Below are positions 41,601-54,740 of a stretch of DNA of 64,000 bases, one piece after another (positions within the stretch are counted from its first letter, which is position 1; the number at the start of each line of letters is the position of its first letter). Source of the stretch: Macrostomum hystrix (taxonomy: Eukaryota > Animalia > Platyhelminthes); assembly GCA_950097015.1 (NCBI GenBank), contig CATNEN010000005.1:186001-250000 (forward strand), written 5' to 3'. Under the pieces are notes generated by a model, which saw nothing but the letters and a program-made list of their open reading frames with translations, searched no databases and had not been told where the DNA came from. The position numbers and the translations under genes were made by a program.

Positions 41601-44600
41601 CTGCTGACGAGGTAAGAAAACTTTATTAATATTCCAGTATACTCAGACTGTCCACTCAGAATACCCCAGTATACTCAGACTGTCTACTTATACTACTAAA
41701 GTGTACTCAAACCGTCTACTCAGACTACTCCAGTCTACTCAGGCTACTCCTGTCTACTCAGACTACTCCAGTCTACTCAGACTACTTGCTTAGGCTAATC
41801 CAGTCTACTCAGACTACTCCAGTCTACTCAGACTACTCCAGTCTACTCAGACTACCCCAGTCTACTCAGGCTACCCCAGTCTACTCAGACTACTCCAGTC
41901 TACTCAGACAACTTCACTCTACTCAGACCAGTCGAATCTACCGAGACACTAATGTCTGTGTTTTAGTAGACTTTGAAATTTTAAGTGCAGCTCATTTTTT
42001 TATTCAACACAGGAACACACGAACGCCGGAAATGCTCAAATCAATGCAAACACTGGATTGATTGGCAAGACATCGGAGCAGCTTTTAGGTAGGATTTTCT
42101 GCGTCTGGAGGGAGAATCGAGGGTTGTCAAAATCAGATGGGGGAGAATTGAGAATACTCAAAATCTCATAGTAATAATACAAAAAATTAGAAATATCATA
42201 ATGGAGACCAAAATCTAATAAGAAAAATCGAAAATACTCAAAATAATATAGGGAGAATCGTGAAATCTCAAAATCTCATAGGGAGAATCGAAAAATCTCA
42301 AAATCTCATAGGGAGAATCGCAAAATCTCTAAATCTGATAAGGAGAATAGCGAGATCTCTCAAAATCTCATAGGAAGAATCGCAAAATCTCAAAATCTCA
42401 TAGGGAGAATCGCAAAATCTCTAAATCTGATAAGGAGAATAGCGAGATCTCTCAAAATCTCATAGGAAGAATCGCGAAATCTCAAAATCTCATTGGGAGA
42501 ATCGAAAAATCTCAAAATCTCATAGGAAGAATCGCGAAATCTCAAAATCTGATATGGAGAATAGCGAGATCTCTTAAAATTTCATAGGGAGAATCACGAA
42601 ATCTCAAAATCTCATAGGGAGAATCGTGAAATCTCAAAATCTCATAGGGAGAATCGAAAAATCTCAAAATCTCATAGGGAGAATCGCAAAATCTAAAAAA
42701 TCTCATAGGCTGAATCGCGAAGTCTCAAAATCTCAAAGTTAGAATCTTATAACAACGGTACCTATTTGCTAAATCAATACCCTAAGCTAATTACTATCTG
42801 AAAATCTCGCCCAGACAAGCGATCCAGAATCTACCAGGAGATTCTAGACACCGAGAAGCGCTACTGCTCAGACCTGTGGACCATTATCGATCTGATAGCT
42901 GAGTCGCTGAAGTCGGCCGGGTTCATCTCAATGAACGATCTCTGGTGAGTTCGCTAGCCGATGGAAAAAAAATCTAATAGTTAATTTTTAATTAGCGTTA
43001 ATTACCTGTCGCTATATCGCTTTGGTGCTGTTTCTAAGAAAAAAAAACGGTGTCATCGGTTTTTTAACGCTTCTAGTCACGCGAATTTCTATCCCCGTTT
43101 TTTTTAATTAGCAATCTAGGTGGAAGATTAAGGATAGTTGAGGACAAAAACTTATTCATTTGCTATGTAGTCGAAAATTAAATGGGGCGACAGTTTTTTA
43201 GACTTGGAGGGCACGTTTACTTTTTTTCCTTAACTGCATTTTGTACTTTACGTATATATACGGGGTACTTATTTACGTTACTCTTTAAAAATGATATATT
43301 TCCGGGTAGAAAGAAATTCATATTTAAATTGGTACCCCAGTGTCCATTCATTCATATCCAATCTTTCTACCCCAGTGTCTACATTTTTTGCCTTTCTACC
43401 CCAGTGTCTGCACTTTAAATCTTTCTACCCCAGTGTCTGCACTTTAAATCTTTCTACCCCAGTGTCTGCACTTTAAATCTTTCTACCCCAGTGTCTGCAC
43501 TTTAAATCTTTCTACCCCAGTGTCTGCACTTTAAATCTTTCTACCCCAGTGTCTGCAATTTAAATCTTTCTACCCCAGTGTCTGCACTTTAAATCTTTCT
43601 ACCCCAGTGTCTGCACTTTAAATCTTTCTACCCCAGTGTCTGCACTTTAAATCTTTCTACCCGGGTACCTTAAATTTTAATCTTTCTACCCCAGTGTCTG
43701 CACTATTAATATTTCTACCCCAGTATCTGCACTTTTATTCTTTCTACCCCAGTTTCTGCACTTTTAATCTTTCTACCCCAGTGTCTGCACTTTTAATCTG
43801 TCTACCCCAGTGTCTGCACTTTTAATCTGTCTACCCCAGTGTCTGCACTTTTAATCTGTCTACCCCAGTGTCTGCACTTTTAATCTTTCTACCCCGGTAC
43901 CTTCAATTTTAATCTTTATACCCCAGTGTCTGCACTATTAATATTTCTACCCCAGTATCTGCACTTTTATTCTTTCTACCCCAGTTTCTGCACTTTTAAT
44001 CTTTCTACCCCAGTTTCTGCACTTTTAATCTTTCTACCCCAGTGTCTGCACTTTTTATATTTCTACCCCAGTGTCTGCACTTTTAATCTTTCTACCCCAT
44101 CTTTCTAATCTTTCTAATCTTTCTAATCTTTTTAATCTTTTTAATGCATCTACCTCAATGTCGACCTTAATTCTATCCTTCAAACCTAGAAGTAAAACTC
44201 AATTACTTTAGCAAAAAGCTTCTGCTTTTCTAAAGCATAATTAGCTACTTAATCAGCTACTGCAAGTAGAACGCATAGTATCATACCATAATTCTAAAAA
44301 ACACAATTGCAGTCTAATATTTCCAAAGTGTCTGCCGCGATTGTACGACCTTCATTCGACGTTTCTCGGCCTGTTGGAAGCTCGCTTATCTTCGTCGACG
44401 GTCGAAGTCGGTGGCGCGTCGCCAACACAGACGACTGACTTTGCCAGCATATTTCTGGGCTTTCTCGACGCCAACAATGGCGAGCTATTCGAACTGTACA
44501 AACGCTACGCGAACGATTTTGGTCCGGCCGTGCGAACTATTAAAAACTATCAGCAGCATTCCGGTAGATTTCGTTGCTTGCAGATCAGCTTGCAGAGGCA

Positions 44601-44805
44601 TCCGAGCTGCAACGGGCTGGATCTGACCGCATTCCTGCTTACGCCAGTGCAGCGACTGCCGCGTTACCTCCTGCTCATCAGGCAGCTCGCTGTGTACACA
44701 CCTACAAGCCACTGCGAGCGTCTTGGACTAGACAGGCTATTGTCTCGGCTACACAGCCTGCTAGATCAGCTAAACTTCTCCATACAGACTGCACTGAAAC
44801 AGGCT

Positions 44806-44836
<31 letters not shown>

Positions 44837-46361
44837 GTCATCAAAGACAGCAGCAGCATCAGCAAAGGTGGAAACGTTCTCGCTCGCTAAATCGGTATTC
44901 AACTAATTGTGAAACAGCTTCGACTGACAATTCTGACGCCGAGACCATCATCAGCGGATCTGGGAGGCTCAGTCCGCAGACCAATGGTAGTGCTCACTTT
45001 ATGACGGCTAACTCAAGATGCCGATCTGTCACACCGTCTGCTGTTGGGTCTGTGGATGCGTCAGCTTTTGCTAGCGCAAGGTAAGGCTCAGTAGGAATGC
45101 AGTTAATAACTCATTTGAGGATCGGGACTGATGTAGACAAGACACACTTTTGTCTTCTCTAACTAATCGAGCTTAATCCAATGGCACAGAACATTTACGA
45201 GTTCTATATGCAAATTTACAACACACTGAAAGAAAGCGATTTGTCTTCACACTAAAGTCGGATTACAGCGACTAAAAAAATTAATACCACAATTAATAAT
45301 TTGTTAGCGGCCATATTCAGAGTGATTAACGCGATTTCCTCTCGCGCCAAGGCTCCCTGAGCTCGATTTCGTGGCGAGGCCGCATTAAATTTTCAAAGTC
45401 AGGGCAGCTGATGTACTCACCTGTGTGAGCGTATGCCTGCGTATACAGTATCTGTGTGTGTGTGTGCTCAGGAGTCAGCGAAATGGGCAGAATCGCCTCG
45501 TCGCTGCCAGTGGATCTACTATCAACAAATTATGTGCCATTGCCCACTGCCATACTGCAATTAAAGTAATAATAGTATTGTTATTATCATTAATATTTAT
45601 TTAGTGGCTTCTTAAAATAAATTCACAGTAAGAGTCAGTCTTTGCCGCACTAAAGGAATCATGAAACGATAGGCCGAAGCCCTTTAGGCATAGAATCAGA
45701 TAAATAAGACAAGAGATAAGGAAGGTAACAAGCCAGGCCAGATTGTAAGGGGCTGAAAATGAGGGGGTGAGGAAAGAGTGGTGCAAAGCTAGCCAATCAG
45801 AGACGAGGAGAGGAAAGAGAAGCTTAGAAGTTAAACTAATATTATATAGAAGGAGAGAGAAGAAAGGAGAGAGAGGAGGGTGCGCGAGCGTATACAATCA
45901 CAGAGAGAAGGGGAAGTCATATAAAGAACACAAATTATTATTACATATTAAAGTTTTCTTCTACAATATTCAGGAGCACATCAGGAAGCCCATCCACCTT
46001 CGGCGGGTCCCAGTCTGCCCTGCCGCACCAGACACCAGCCAGGAGTCCAAGCATGATGGGCCGCAGAAGTCGCCTAATATCGCAACATCTGCGTTCGTTC
46101 GATCGCTGCCTGTCGGCTAGTGACATCCTACGCAGCGGCGATAGCGGCATCGCCGTCTCGCCTTCGCCATCGTCCGTTTCAGCGGCGTCGCCTTCACCGG
46201 CCCTCGCGGCCAGCCCGAGTCCGCAACTGCGACGCGCCGGCGGGCGAACCTCGGCAGCGGCCGCGTCCACTGCGGCGATGATGCAGCTGCAGGCGTCGAA
46301 CAGGTCGACACCAACGCTGAAGGAGTCCTTCAGGCGGATGTTTCAGTCCAAGAGAAAGTGA
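35669..46361 (+). CDS. ARHGEF33: ARHGEF33-like Rho GEF (N-terminal coiled coil + DH domain, no PH domain seen)
   Basis: Exons 35669-35926, 37144-37295, 37697-37842, 41436-41611, 42013-42088, 42815-42944, 44313-45080, 45974-46361, with phases consistent. DH motifs EILDTEKRYCSDL and DLTAFLLTPVQRLPRYLLLIRQL. N-terminal LSILVEDIKDGFALAMQQLANIQ resembles ARHGEF33 LQALASELKTGFTEAMQELSRIQ (from memory). AATAAA at ~46587. An alternative end is possible via a donor at 46358 to an exon at 48053-48155. Confidence 0.75.
35965..36750. repeat. Two 21-bp minisatellites (GTTCTAACTGTT(T/A)GACTAG(G/C)T; AAATCTACCTGTTAGACAGTG)
   Basis: Adjacent tandem arrays. Confidence 0.9.
37315..37665. repeat. 19-bp minisatellite GGGTCATAGTGTCAGCTT(T/C)
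   Basis: Tandem units. Confidence 0.92.
38400..40790. repeat. 25-bp minisatellite TTTTCCCATATCT(T/C)GGGGAA(CATAG/TATAA)
   Basis: About 95 units; source of the MGKLCSPRY artefact ORFs. Confidence 0.97.
41630..41930. repeat. 19-bp minisatellite CAGTCTACTCAGACTACTC
   Basis: Degenerate tandem units. Confidence 0.88.
42140..42745. repeat. ~29-bp minisatellite AAAATCTCATAGGGAGAATCG(C/A)(G/A)AATCTC
   Basis: Tandem units. Confidence 0.88.
43335..44105. repeat. 29-30-bp minisatellite CTACCCCAGTGTCTGCACTTT(T)AATCTTT
   Basis: Tandem units. Confidence 0.93.
45320..45598 (+). mobile_element. SINE family 1, copy with head and internal deletion
   Basis: TTAACGCGATTTCCTCTCGCGCCAAGGCTCCCTGAGCTCGATTTCGTGGCGAGGCC head, then jumps to AAAGTCAGGG body; AT-rich tail. 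Confidence 0.75.
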
Positions 46362-46642
46362 GAGTCCTTCACAATTCAAAGTTCGAAATTCTTTCTATGG
46401 TTAAAGCCTTATACTTCTGGCTGAAAGATTAGGAACTCGTATCTCAGCCTATAGCAGGCAATTTGTGTTTCTAAACGACACATACGACACCTAAACGACT
46501 GAACAGATGTACACAAACACACTGCTACCTTTGGTGGCATTGTTGCAGCTGTGCCTCTTGCTATAAATTTGTACATCAATTGCAAAAATAAAATCTCAAC
46601 AGTTCCGATTGGGCCAGATGTTGAGCAGACAGCACAGCCGCA

Positions 46643-46832
46643 GCTATTGCGCGGCGCATCTGAGGCCTCAATTACCCCAGTTTACAGCTGGTATCCATTT
46701 TACAGGTGGGTGAACTGAAACAATGCATAGTTACGAGCGTAATAGAAACGCTGATGGACTCAAATTGTTCCAGTGAGTCGGGAATCGAACCTCCGACCTT
46801 CAAGTCATGAGTCAGACACGCTAGACACTAGG
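46643..46832 (-). mobile_element. SINE family 2, second and more diverged copy
   Basis: Shares GCTATTGCGCGGCGCATCTGA, CTCAATTACCCCAG, GGGTGAACT and the B-box reverse complement GGAATCGAACC...CGACCTTCAAGTC with the 62.5 kb copy. Confidence 0.7.
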
Positions 46833-49324
46833 CAACAAACTAAAATGTACTAGCACTCGTGCATATAATGTTGTTTTATGCCCTCGCTAGTAATATTAGT
46901 GTGTTTTAAACTGCCTATTCTAGACTTTATCAAATCAGTTCACATACACAAATCGTCTATTTAAGATCTGCACTGGCAAAAATGGAATCCTTGCCGGCTG
47001 TAAACCTGAACGACACTTTCGAGGATGAGAACGGGGAACCATGCACGGATGTCTGATTGATCGAGCACCGATTTTACACGAATTCATTAAAACAATATTA
47101 TAAAAAATTTGCGGCTTATCATATTTCATTATATTAGAATTCTATCATGTTGGAGATGGTTGAAAATTAATTTTACAGAAGAATACTTTTTTATCAAGAG
47201 ATGTACTTTTAGCGGTGATTCATCATTTTATGTACACGAATTTTAGAGTTAGTCTTTGTTGGCTTTGCTTTGTTCTCTTTTTAAAAGTTTGTTTTAACTC
47301 ACATAAAAGTCTTCATATAAAGAAAATTTGTATTATAATTTGTTTTTTAGAACTATTTTTTGTTTCAAACTATGTTTGTCACTTAAATTTTTAACTGATT
47401 ATTTTTTTTTTATAAAAAAAATTGTTTTTTTTATTTTTTTAATTATTAATTATTTTAATTTTTATTTATTTTTAATTAACAAAAATTGTTACAATTTTAT
47501 TGTGTAAATAATTCAATATATACTATATTGAGTACAAAGTAAAAAACTCTGTACTCATATAATTGTGTGCTTACATATACGACGTGAGTATGCGTATTCG
47601 AATATAAAGAAATAAAACGCGGTATTCTTTCTGGACATGAACTAATTTGCCGTCAATATTTTATTACTTAATTAATAAAACTAAGACACTGAACCTATAT
47701 ACAGTCCAAAGAACATAGGATAAGCAAGAACACATGCTGCAGGGAAAAGCGTGATTTAACTTAGACCGATTTCCCCCCGATCCTATCATTAGCATTGAAA
47801 CTTTTGGAGAAATGTTTCCGCCGCGCGCCGCGCCGCAGTTGGTAAATTTAGCTGGGAACCATATGCGCGAGTCTTAAACACAGCCAATTGATCAAAGAGC
47901 CAATATTAACTGTTTAATTTGGTACTACTTTATAGATTCACAATAATTGAAAAGGATCAGTTTGAATATGCCGTGAACACCAACATAAAGAAAGGAAACA
48001 AATTATGGTCAAAACTCCGGCTTTGACTGTCTAAAGCTGCATCTCTCTGCAGCTCGGCGGTTTGGCTGCGGGACAGTCGGGCAAGTCGTAAGAATGAGAC
48101 AGCAACCAACAGCTCCTGCTTATCTGCATCCTCCACATTCAGTCACATCCCCTAATGCGTGGCTCGAGTCGTGAGTCCTGAGCGATCAAGTATTCATCAG
48201 TTTGCAGCCCAAGTCGGAGGCCCACAGTAAGGCGTCAAAGTTCATGTTTACTCACTTGATATTTCGTTCGGAAAGTATGAAATCATTTTTCTCATTGTGG
48301 TTGTGATTTTGCTCATAGTCTGGTCCACGCTTTCATCTTTGTCAGCGCCTTTGAGATACACAGGGGCATCTTTCAGGAAGAACCGGACCATCGGCATTGC
48401 CAGTTGATCGTCGGCTGCTCTCCATGCAGTCAAGCAGCTGCATCTGCAGCGACTGCCTCGAATTCTGACTGAGTGAGCGCTGAGTGCAAAGCTGCTGGCT
48501 CATCAGCTCTGGGTCGCAGGAAGCGGCTCTGAAGTGACGTTGGATTTGTACTGTATAGTACTCGTACTATTGAAGTGTAAATAGTATTTACTCTCATTTC
48601 CCATTTATTTAGTTGCCTAGCAGGCAAAGACACGAAGTATGTCGCTTTCATCATTAGTGCCTTTGTCCTTAGTGCGTCGGTGATTTTATCCTTGTGTTAT
48701 GAAGAAACATAAACAGCTCGAGACAAGGACAACTAACAAAGGGCCTCTGATCTCAGCAGATTTCTCGAGTACCGAAGCGCACGGCATCACAGAACTTCAA
48801 CCCATAGCTCACTAACTAATAGCTCACAACTAGCTGATGAAGCAACTAAAGTGTGCAACCAAAGACTCATCAAGACCATCCACTTTGCAGGAGTCGGGGG
48901 AATGGAAAGTAGACGAGGCTATTCTCAAGGATGCCAATGAGTCAGGCAGAGTCAGTTTGCTTTTGTAATACAGATCAGCGACACGATCCCCGATCTCAAT
49001 ATGCTCAGACTGTGATTGCAACAAGGGCAGGATAGCAGGACGGCGTCATCATGGAGAAAATGTAGCGTTTTGATAAAAGTTGCGTCAAATCAGTTCCCTG
49101 CGCATTCCATATCTACTCTATAGGGAGTTGGTCTGCTTCATGGAGGTCTCGGGATGATCGCTTCTGATCAGTGTCATCGATGTGCCCAAAATATTAACGA
49201 TGCGCATTGTTAACATGGTCAAAGAAGAAAAACTCGACAAAAAATTCGAATATAGTCTCATAGTTAACAGGAATAGATACTTTTTCGGAACTGGTAAACA
49301 GTCAGCTAAGGCGTAAAGTAACAC

Positions 49325-49562
49325 TTACGGAGAATTATAAGTTGAGTCGGCTGACTGCTCGAAGTGCAGGGCTTCACCAAGATCAGGGTTTGTTTCAGGG
49401 TGTCTCGACTGTCTGCATGATGACATAATACTGATGCAATGCCCAGAGGCGAGAGGCGAGACCTTGAGTTGAATATTGACGTCGGCTTGTGCTTTGATGA
49501 GCGAGCGAGTCAACGATATTCTGATGACCTTTGTGTGATGCAATGTAGAGAGGTGACACGCC
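49325..49562 (-). pseudogene. Degenerate ankyrin-repeat coding relic
   Basis: Minus strand GVSPLYIASHKGHQNIVDSL/IKAQADVNIQ is an ankyrin consensus repeat broken by a 4-bp GCTC duplication at ~49499-49506, with an in-frame stop just upstream. A second eroded repeat, KVSPLASGH, follows. Confidence 0.55.
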
Positions 49563-51645
49563 CTATAGCTCGGCCTTGCTCAGGACTTTTCAAGCGAAGG
49601 CACGACATGCATGGTACTCAGCGCCGTCAAGAGCTCTTGTTGGTTTTGTTTCAATTCTGGGGCTTGTGCGTACAAGCGACATTGCCTTAATTGCTGCAGT
49701 AGGAAATATATGTCTTGGCAGTCATTTATAGCAGTCGCGGGACCGCGCTAAACGCTTTATATTGAAAAAAATGCTTTGGGTCATCGATTTGGGTGCATCC
49801 TAAGACTCTCATTTTAATAAAGTTAATTGCAAAGACGTTTATAAAATATAATAACTCTTCCAAGCTCTTTTTATATTGATGCATTTTGAAGCACTTGATG
49901 CGAATTTGCCTTTTACTGTATTATAGAAAGTCAATGTGTTTTTCAAATATACATTTTTTCCTTTTCGCATAAAATATCAACGAATGTATCGCCATTAAAA
50001 TCATTGTTCTGGGTGAGATTGCATGAGGCACGGCCAACAACGAAAACACCGTTATTTTATAATTTTGCAAAAATACCTACTACAGACATGTACTAGCTGC
50101 TTTCACTTTGTGAATGTAAATACTGATGCATTTACTGAATTGCATTTTTGGAAAAAATGTATTGTGAAAATACTGCAGGGTCGTTATAGTTACTCAAGTG
50201 GGTGCAGGTTAGTTTATTTAGATCGTGTGTAGGGCAATTTTTCAAGATTTTTGATGTTCAATTGATGCATCCATGCTGGAATGTGCAGAAACATTAGCGT
50301 TGAATAATTTTCAACTTTCATTATAAGTTGAAATACACCCAGTCAGTATAGCCACAGTCACAGAAACTGCAGTAGAATTCGCCTCATTGCCTGCTTTTTC
50401 TAGCCTAAGAACAAGTAAGCATTTGCTCGCAGTCCCTCTGTTTGCTACTGATAGCAGGCACGCGAACAAAAAGCTAAAAGAAAACCATTTTAAATCTCCA
50501 AATGATCGAATTTCTTGGGCCTGTTATGCCAACAAGCTAGGCGTCAAACAGCCTCTGGTCAAAGGTAGGGATATATTGGGGCTACGGAATAGACATGTGC
50601 ATGGTTGTTAAGATGAAGGGGCTATTATCAAAGTCAACTTGGGAAAACTCACACTGATTTAGAATACATCCGACAGATTAGACCTTGTTGGCAAACCCAT
50701 AAACATTTTAGAGACAAACTAAATAAGTTGATATAAAAACTATGCTTTTTTAAACAGTTAAGACACCGGTTAAAACCACATAAACATACAGCCAATCTAA
50801 AATATGCAAATTAGTAAACAGCTTTGTTTTAGTTTTGAAAGTTCGTAAATTTTAGAAGTTTTTCGTTTTTTTCTTAACATTTTCGATTTGTTAAAATTAT
50901 CTCGCCTGTTACTTGCAACGTGCAGCACGTGATGTTATGTAGATGTATAGTACAGTATTTGAACTTTTAAAGGTGTTTTCAGCACTATTTACTGTTGTTA
51001 TAATTATTACTATTGTCATTTTTGTGGCAATTTGCTTCATATAGTTACTATAAGACGTTGATGCATAGTAAAGGTTGAGTCTTACATGCTCTCTTTATTA
51101 AACAGGTAGAGGCGTAAGCTTCAGTTAATTTTTGTAGACAATTCAGCTTTCTAAAGAAAAAATGTTTTGAAGTTGCAAGAACATACATTGCAAGTATGTT
51201 GCAATGATACAGAATATCTTTGTTTATCTTCAAGTTTTGTAGGCCTATCCAAATTTCCTATCTTAATGTGCTCATTGCATTTTTCAGGACAGTCAGTCAG
51301 CCTACACTCAAGTCTAGAAAATGGGAGGTTTGGCAGTTGTCTTTCCAGTTTCTAGATTCAGAGTTTTATGGCATAGCCAACCAACAAAAATGTACAAAGG
51401 TCAGTCAGTGGTAGAACCAGAAAAGTATGGTCCACTACAGTAAAGTACAGAATATTCAATTTAAATTCATAATATTTAAACAAATGTACCTGTAAAGTGA
51501 CAATGCTGTGCTAGGAAAAAAAGATAAAAGTGCCACCTTACTTCTATTAGCCTATTGTTTTCTTTTGAAAAACCAACATTCCTGAATTTAATGGGGAGTA
51601 CAGAATGATCACCAATGTTCCTAGCCTATTCCAAGTATTATAAAG

Positions 51646-52572
51646 GGTCCCAGGTCATTTCGGTGACAAGACATTTCGGTGACAGTCATTTCGGTGACAA
51701 CTCAAGTCATTTCAGTGACATAATTAGTCAGATTGGTGACAACTATTTTTGCACCTAAATATGCTAAAAAACGGCCTTCCATTTTAACTATACAATAACA
51801 ACAACAAATTACACTGTGAAAAGGAAAGTTCACAGTGTCACAAGGCACGCCGAAGAGCCAGCTTCCTGAAATTGTTGATTGCTCTTGTCCAAGTCTGATG
51901 CTCGCCAAGACCAGCATCGGCGAGCAGGCCCTCGACATAGCGGTGTGTCCTGGCCTGCCCTCGGCGCAGGGGACCCTGCATGGTCAGCAGCAGGACGTCC
52001 TGCGCCGGCTCTGGACAGTAGGCCCTGGCGCGCACCACATGGCCTGCCAGCTGCAGCCGCCGTCTCCGAAGGGTCTCACTGGGTGGGTGCAGCCCAGCAC
52101 GATAGTAAAGGGCGGCGTTGGAGACCCGCTCCGGGAAGTGGATACCAAAGGCGGCGCGTAGCAGGGCCGAGTGCACCGAGTCCAGCTGCCTCTCCAGCGC
52201 CTCCGTGGCCGTCCAGGTCTCGGCTGGTCATAGCATTTTAACTATGCACACTTATAAAGTATTAATTAAATAATGCTAAAAGTATTAATAAGAAGCTGCA
52301 TCGCTCTGAATAAGTCTGGGTTTTACTTTAAATGAGTTAAATTATTTTATGAGTAGTCAATAGTTTCAATAGTTATTCGTTCCTAATGTGTATAATCATC
52401 TTTTTTCAAGTTTTGGATTGACAAGGCAAGTGTAGGCTTTAAGCAGCTGCTGGATCGTGGAAGGCTGTTTTCTCAGCATATTTAGGTGCAAAATAGTTGT
52501 CACCAAACTGACCAATTCTGTCACCGAAATGACTGTCACCGAAATGTCTTTTCACCGAAATGACCTAGGACC
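51646..52572. mobile_element. Non-autonomous TIR DNA transposon (~130-bp TIRs, 8-bp TSD)
   Basis: TIRs GGTCC(C/T)AGGTCATTTCGGTGA... with internal CATTTCGGTGACA subrepeats at both ends. Exact TSD TTATAAAG at 51638-51645 and 52573-52580. Superfamily is uncertain. Confidence 0.85.
51792..52233 (-). mobile_element. 5'-truncated non-LTR retrotransposon (RTE-like ORF2 C-terminus) nested in the TIR element
   Basis: The GC-rich minus frame ETWTATEALERQLDSVHSALLRAAFGI...VSNAALY...SETLRRRRLQLAGHVVR...GQARTHRY resembles the post-RT tail of RTE-type LINEs. 10-bp hairpin 51811-51838, (TTG)n-like tail, TSD CATTTTAACTAT at 51780-51791 and 52234-52245. Confidence 0.75.
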
Positions 52573-54740
52573 TTATAAAGTCATCAGTGGCATAGTTAAG
52601 GAGGCTCATTGTCTCTTAAAATAGAAGAATAGTAAAAGATAACTAATAACAGAATAACTCTCTAGTGTTATTGGCAGCTACCCTTTATTGTTTCTTATGC
52701 TCTATAAATTTGGCATCTATAGGCCAGGCCTGCATACTACATACTGGTCTACATATACTGGTTATATTGTTTCTTTGGCCATGTATTTGGCTAAAATGTA
52801 TACCAACATAATGCCATATATTAGAATATAGACCAATGTATACAAACAGTGACCATTGTATGCTGAAAAATCCTTAGCATATAGAGAAATCTATATGGAT
52901 CCAAGAATTGGTATCAAATAACAAAGGTTGGCAATGGTGAGAAGCAAAAGAATGTTCAGCAAATACAAAATTAAAACATTAACATTTGTCAAAAAAAATT
53001 CTTATGCTTATCAATGGACACATATGGAATGCTTATCAAATCAATTTCAAATTTAAATTCAAACAATTTATATGGGTCAACTATTATGGGGGCACCATAG
53101 GGTGTTATATAAAAGTAGATCAATGTTTGGCATTCTTTTTGAATTGTTCATCAAACAGTTTTATTAAAGTTTCATTTGAAATTAATGCAAAAAATTTGGG
53201 AAATCATTTTGAAACAAAGTGAAACAATTGGAAACAATGATATGATAAGCATCAAATGTTGAGTCTAAATTCTACAATATTGGGTGTAAAAATTCAGTAG
53301 GGGTAATAATAAGAAAGTTTAGACGGTGCTGTTGGGTTGACTCTTGGCATGGTGTTAATAGACTTTAAGTGTGTGTTACTTGATAGTAGAAAAATTGTGT
53401 TAGCAGAATTTAGAAAATATGTTAATATTTCTCCTTCCACTAACTAGCTCATACATTTTGGCCATAGACACTCCCAAGCATGTCAACCATTTTGTTTTTA
53501 CCCCCTAGCACTGAACATTTGCCATTAACAAGTTCCCTGGAACCCCAGAAAAAGTAGTCATTACTTTTGGCTTGTTGTTTTGCTGTTTTTTCCTATCAGT
53601 CATTCCAAGAAAGTACTCATTGTTGGCATTCTATCAAGTTCTGCTTGCTGTGGGAAACTGTCAAACATCTGCTTTCAAATTGGAATATTTTATCAAACAT
53701 ACATTTTGTAACAATAGAAACTTCATCGAATGGTTTGAAAAAATATCAATAAATACTCAATTATTTTTCTTTAGTCTATAGGACTTAGTCTGCATAAATA
53801 ATATTCAATGAAAATACAAAATATGTTCTATAAATGTAGTAGGATAGTTGCAACAAAAAGATTATTATTAGATTCTGATTATTATCGAAAATAATTATTT
53901 AATGTAATGTTTCGTTTCAGTTTTAGCTGATATATTAGAAACATTTCATGTTTAGTGTTATTGATGATCTATCTATGGGCTAGGTCACAATCCAGATTAT
54001 GTCATGTTTGAAGTCATAATTACTTTTTATTGTACACTAGGGTAAGCCAATTAAATTGTATTTGCATAAATGAGTGAAACTTTGCTCATGCATTGCATTT
54101 TTTCAGACTATACACATCCTATGATCTAAGTTCAAAGCTTCAAAATATGTTAAGTGTCCGTTTTATGTATGCATCAATTTATGTCTAATAATGTAGCAAT
54201 TAGAAAATGCATGTTTTATGTTTTAAATATTCATTTTGATTAGAAGCAATTTTTAATTTCATGTAGTAAAAACATTAAATTTAGTATTTTTTAACTTCTT
54301 TAGAAAAATGATTAGAGTTAAAAAAAGTTTTGTAAATACCAAAATGAATTGGTTTGTAAGTTTAAGTTTTGTGTTTTTATGCTAATAATGAAATTAATAA
54401 TGTTATGACAACCATGCAAAATAAAAGTTTTTGTAATATAAAATATATAATTATTTATTTTAAATATCTTATTGCAAATGCAAGACATACATATTTAGCA
54501 TTGTTATTTTTTGTTCTTGAAATTAAGCTGCTGTGCATTTTTGTTAGTTGCTAACAGTTAAACAATACTTTTTTCAGTGCACAACAGTTAATTTAACAAT
54601 GTTTTGCATCTCAACTATCTAGTTTCTTTCTGGTTTTAAAGTAAGTGCTTAAAGTGTTTTTAAACTGTTAAATTCCTTCATATTTATTAAGACATCTGTC
54701 CCTTGAAATTATTTTAGACTATTTTGATGCATTTTGTACA

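Noticed and set aside
50023-54554. Short AT-rich ORFs upstream of eIF4G
   Set aside because: No motifs and low complexity. The region is probably promoter or 5' UTR introns, but exons could not be defined.
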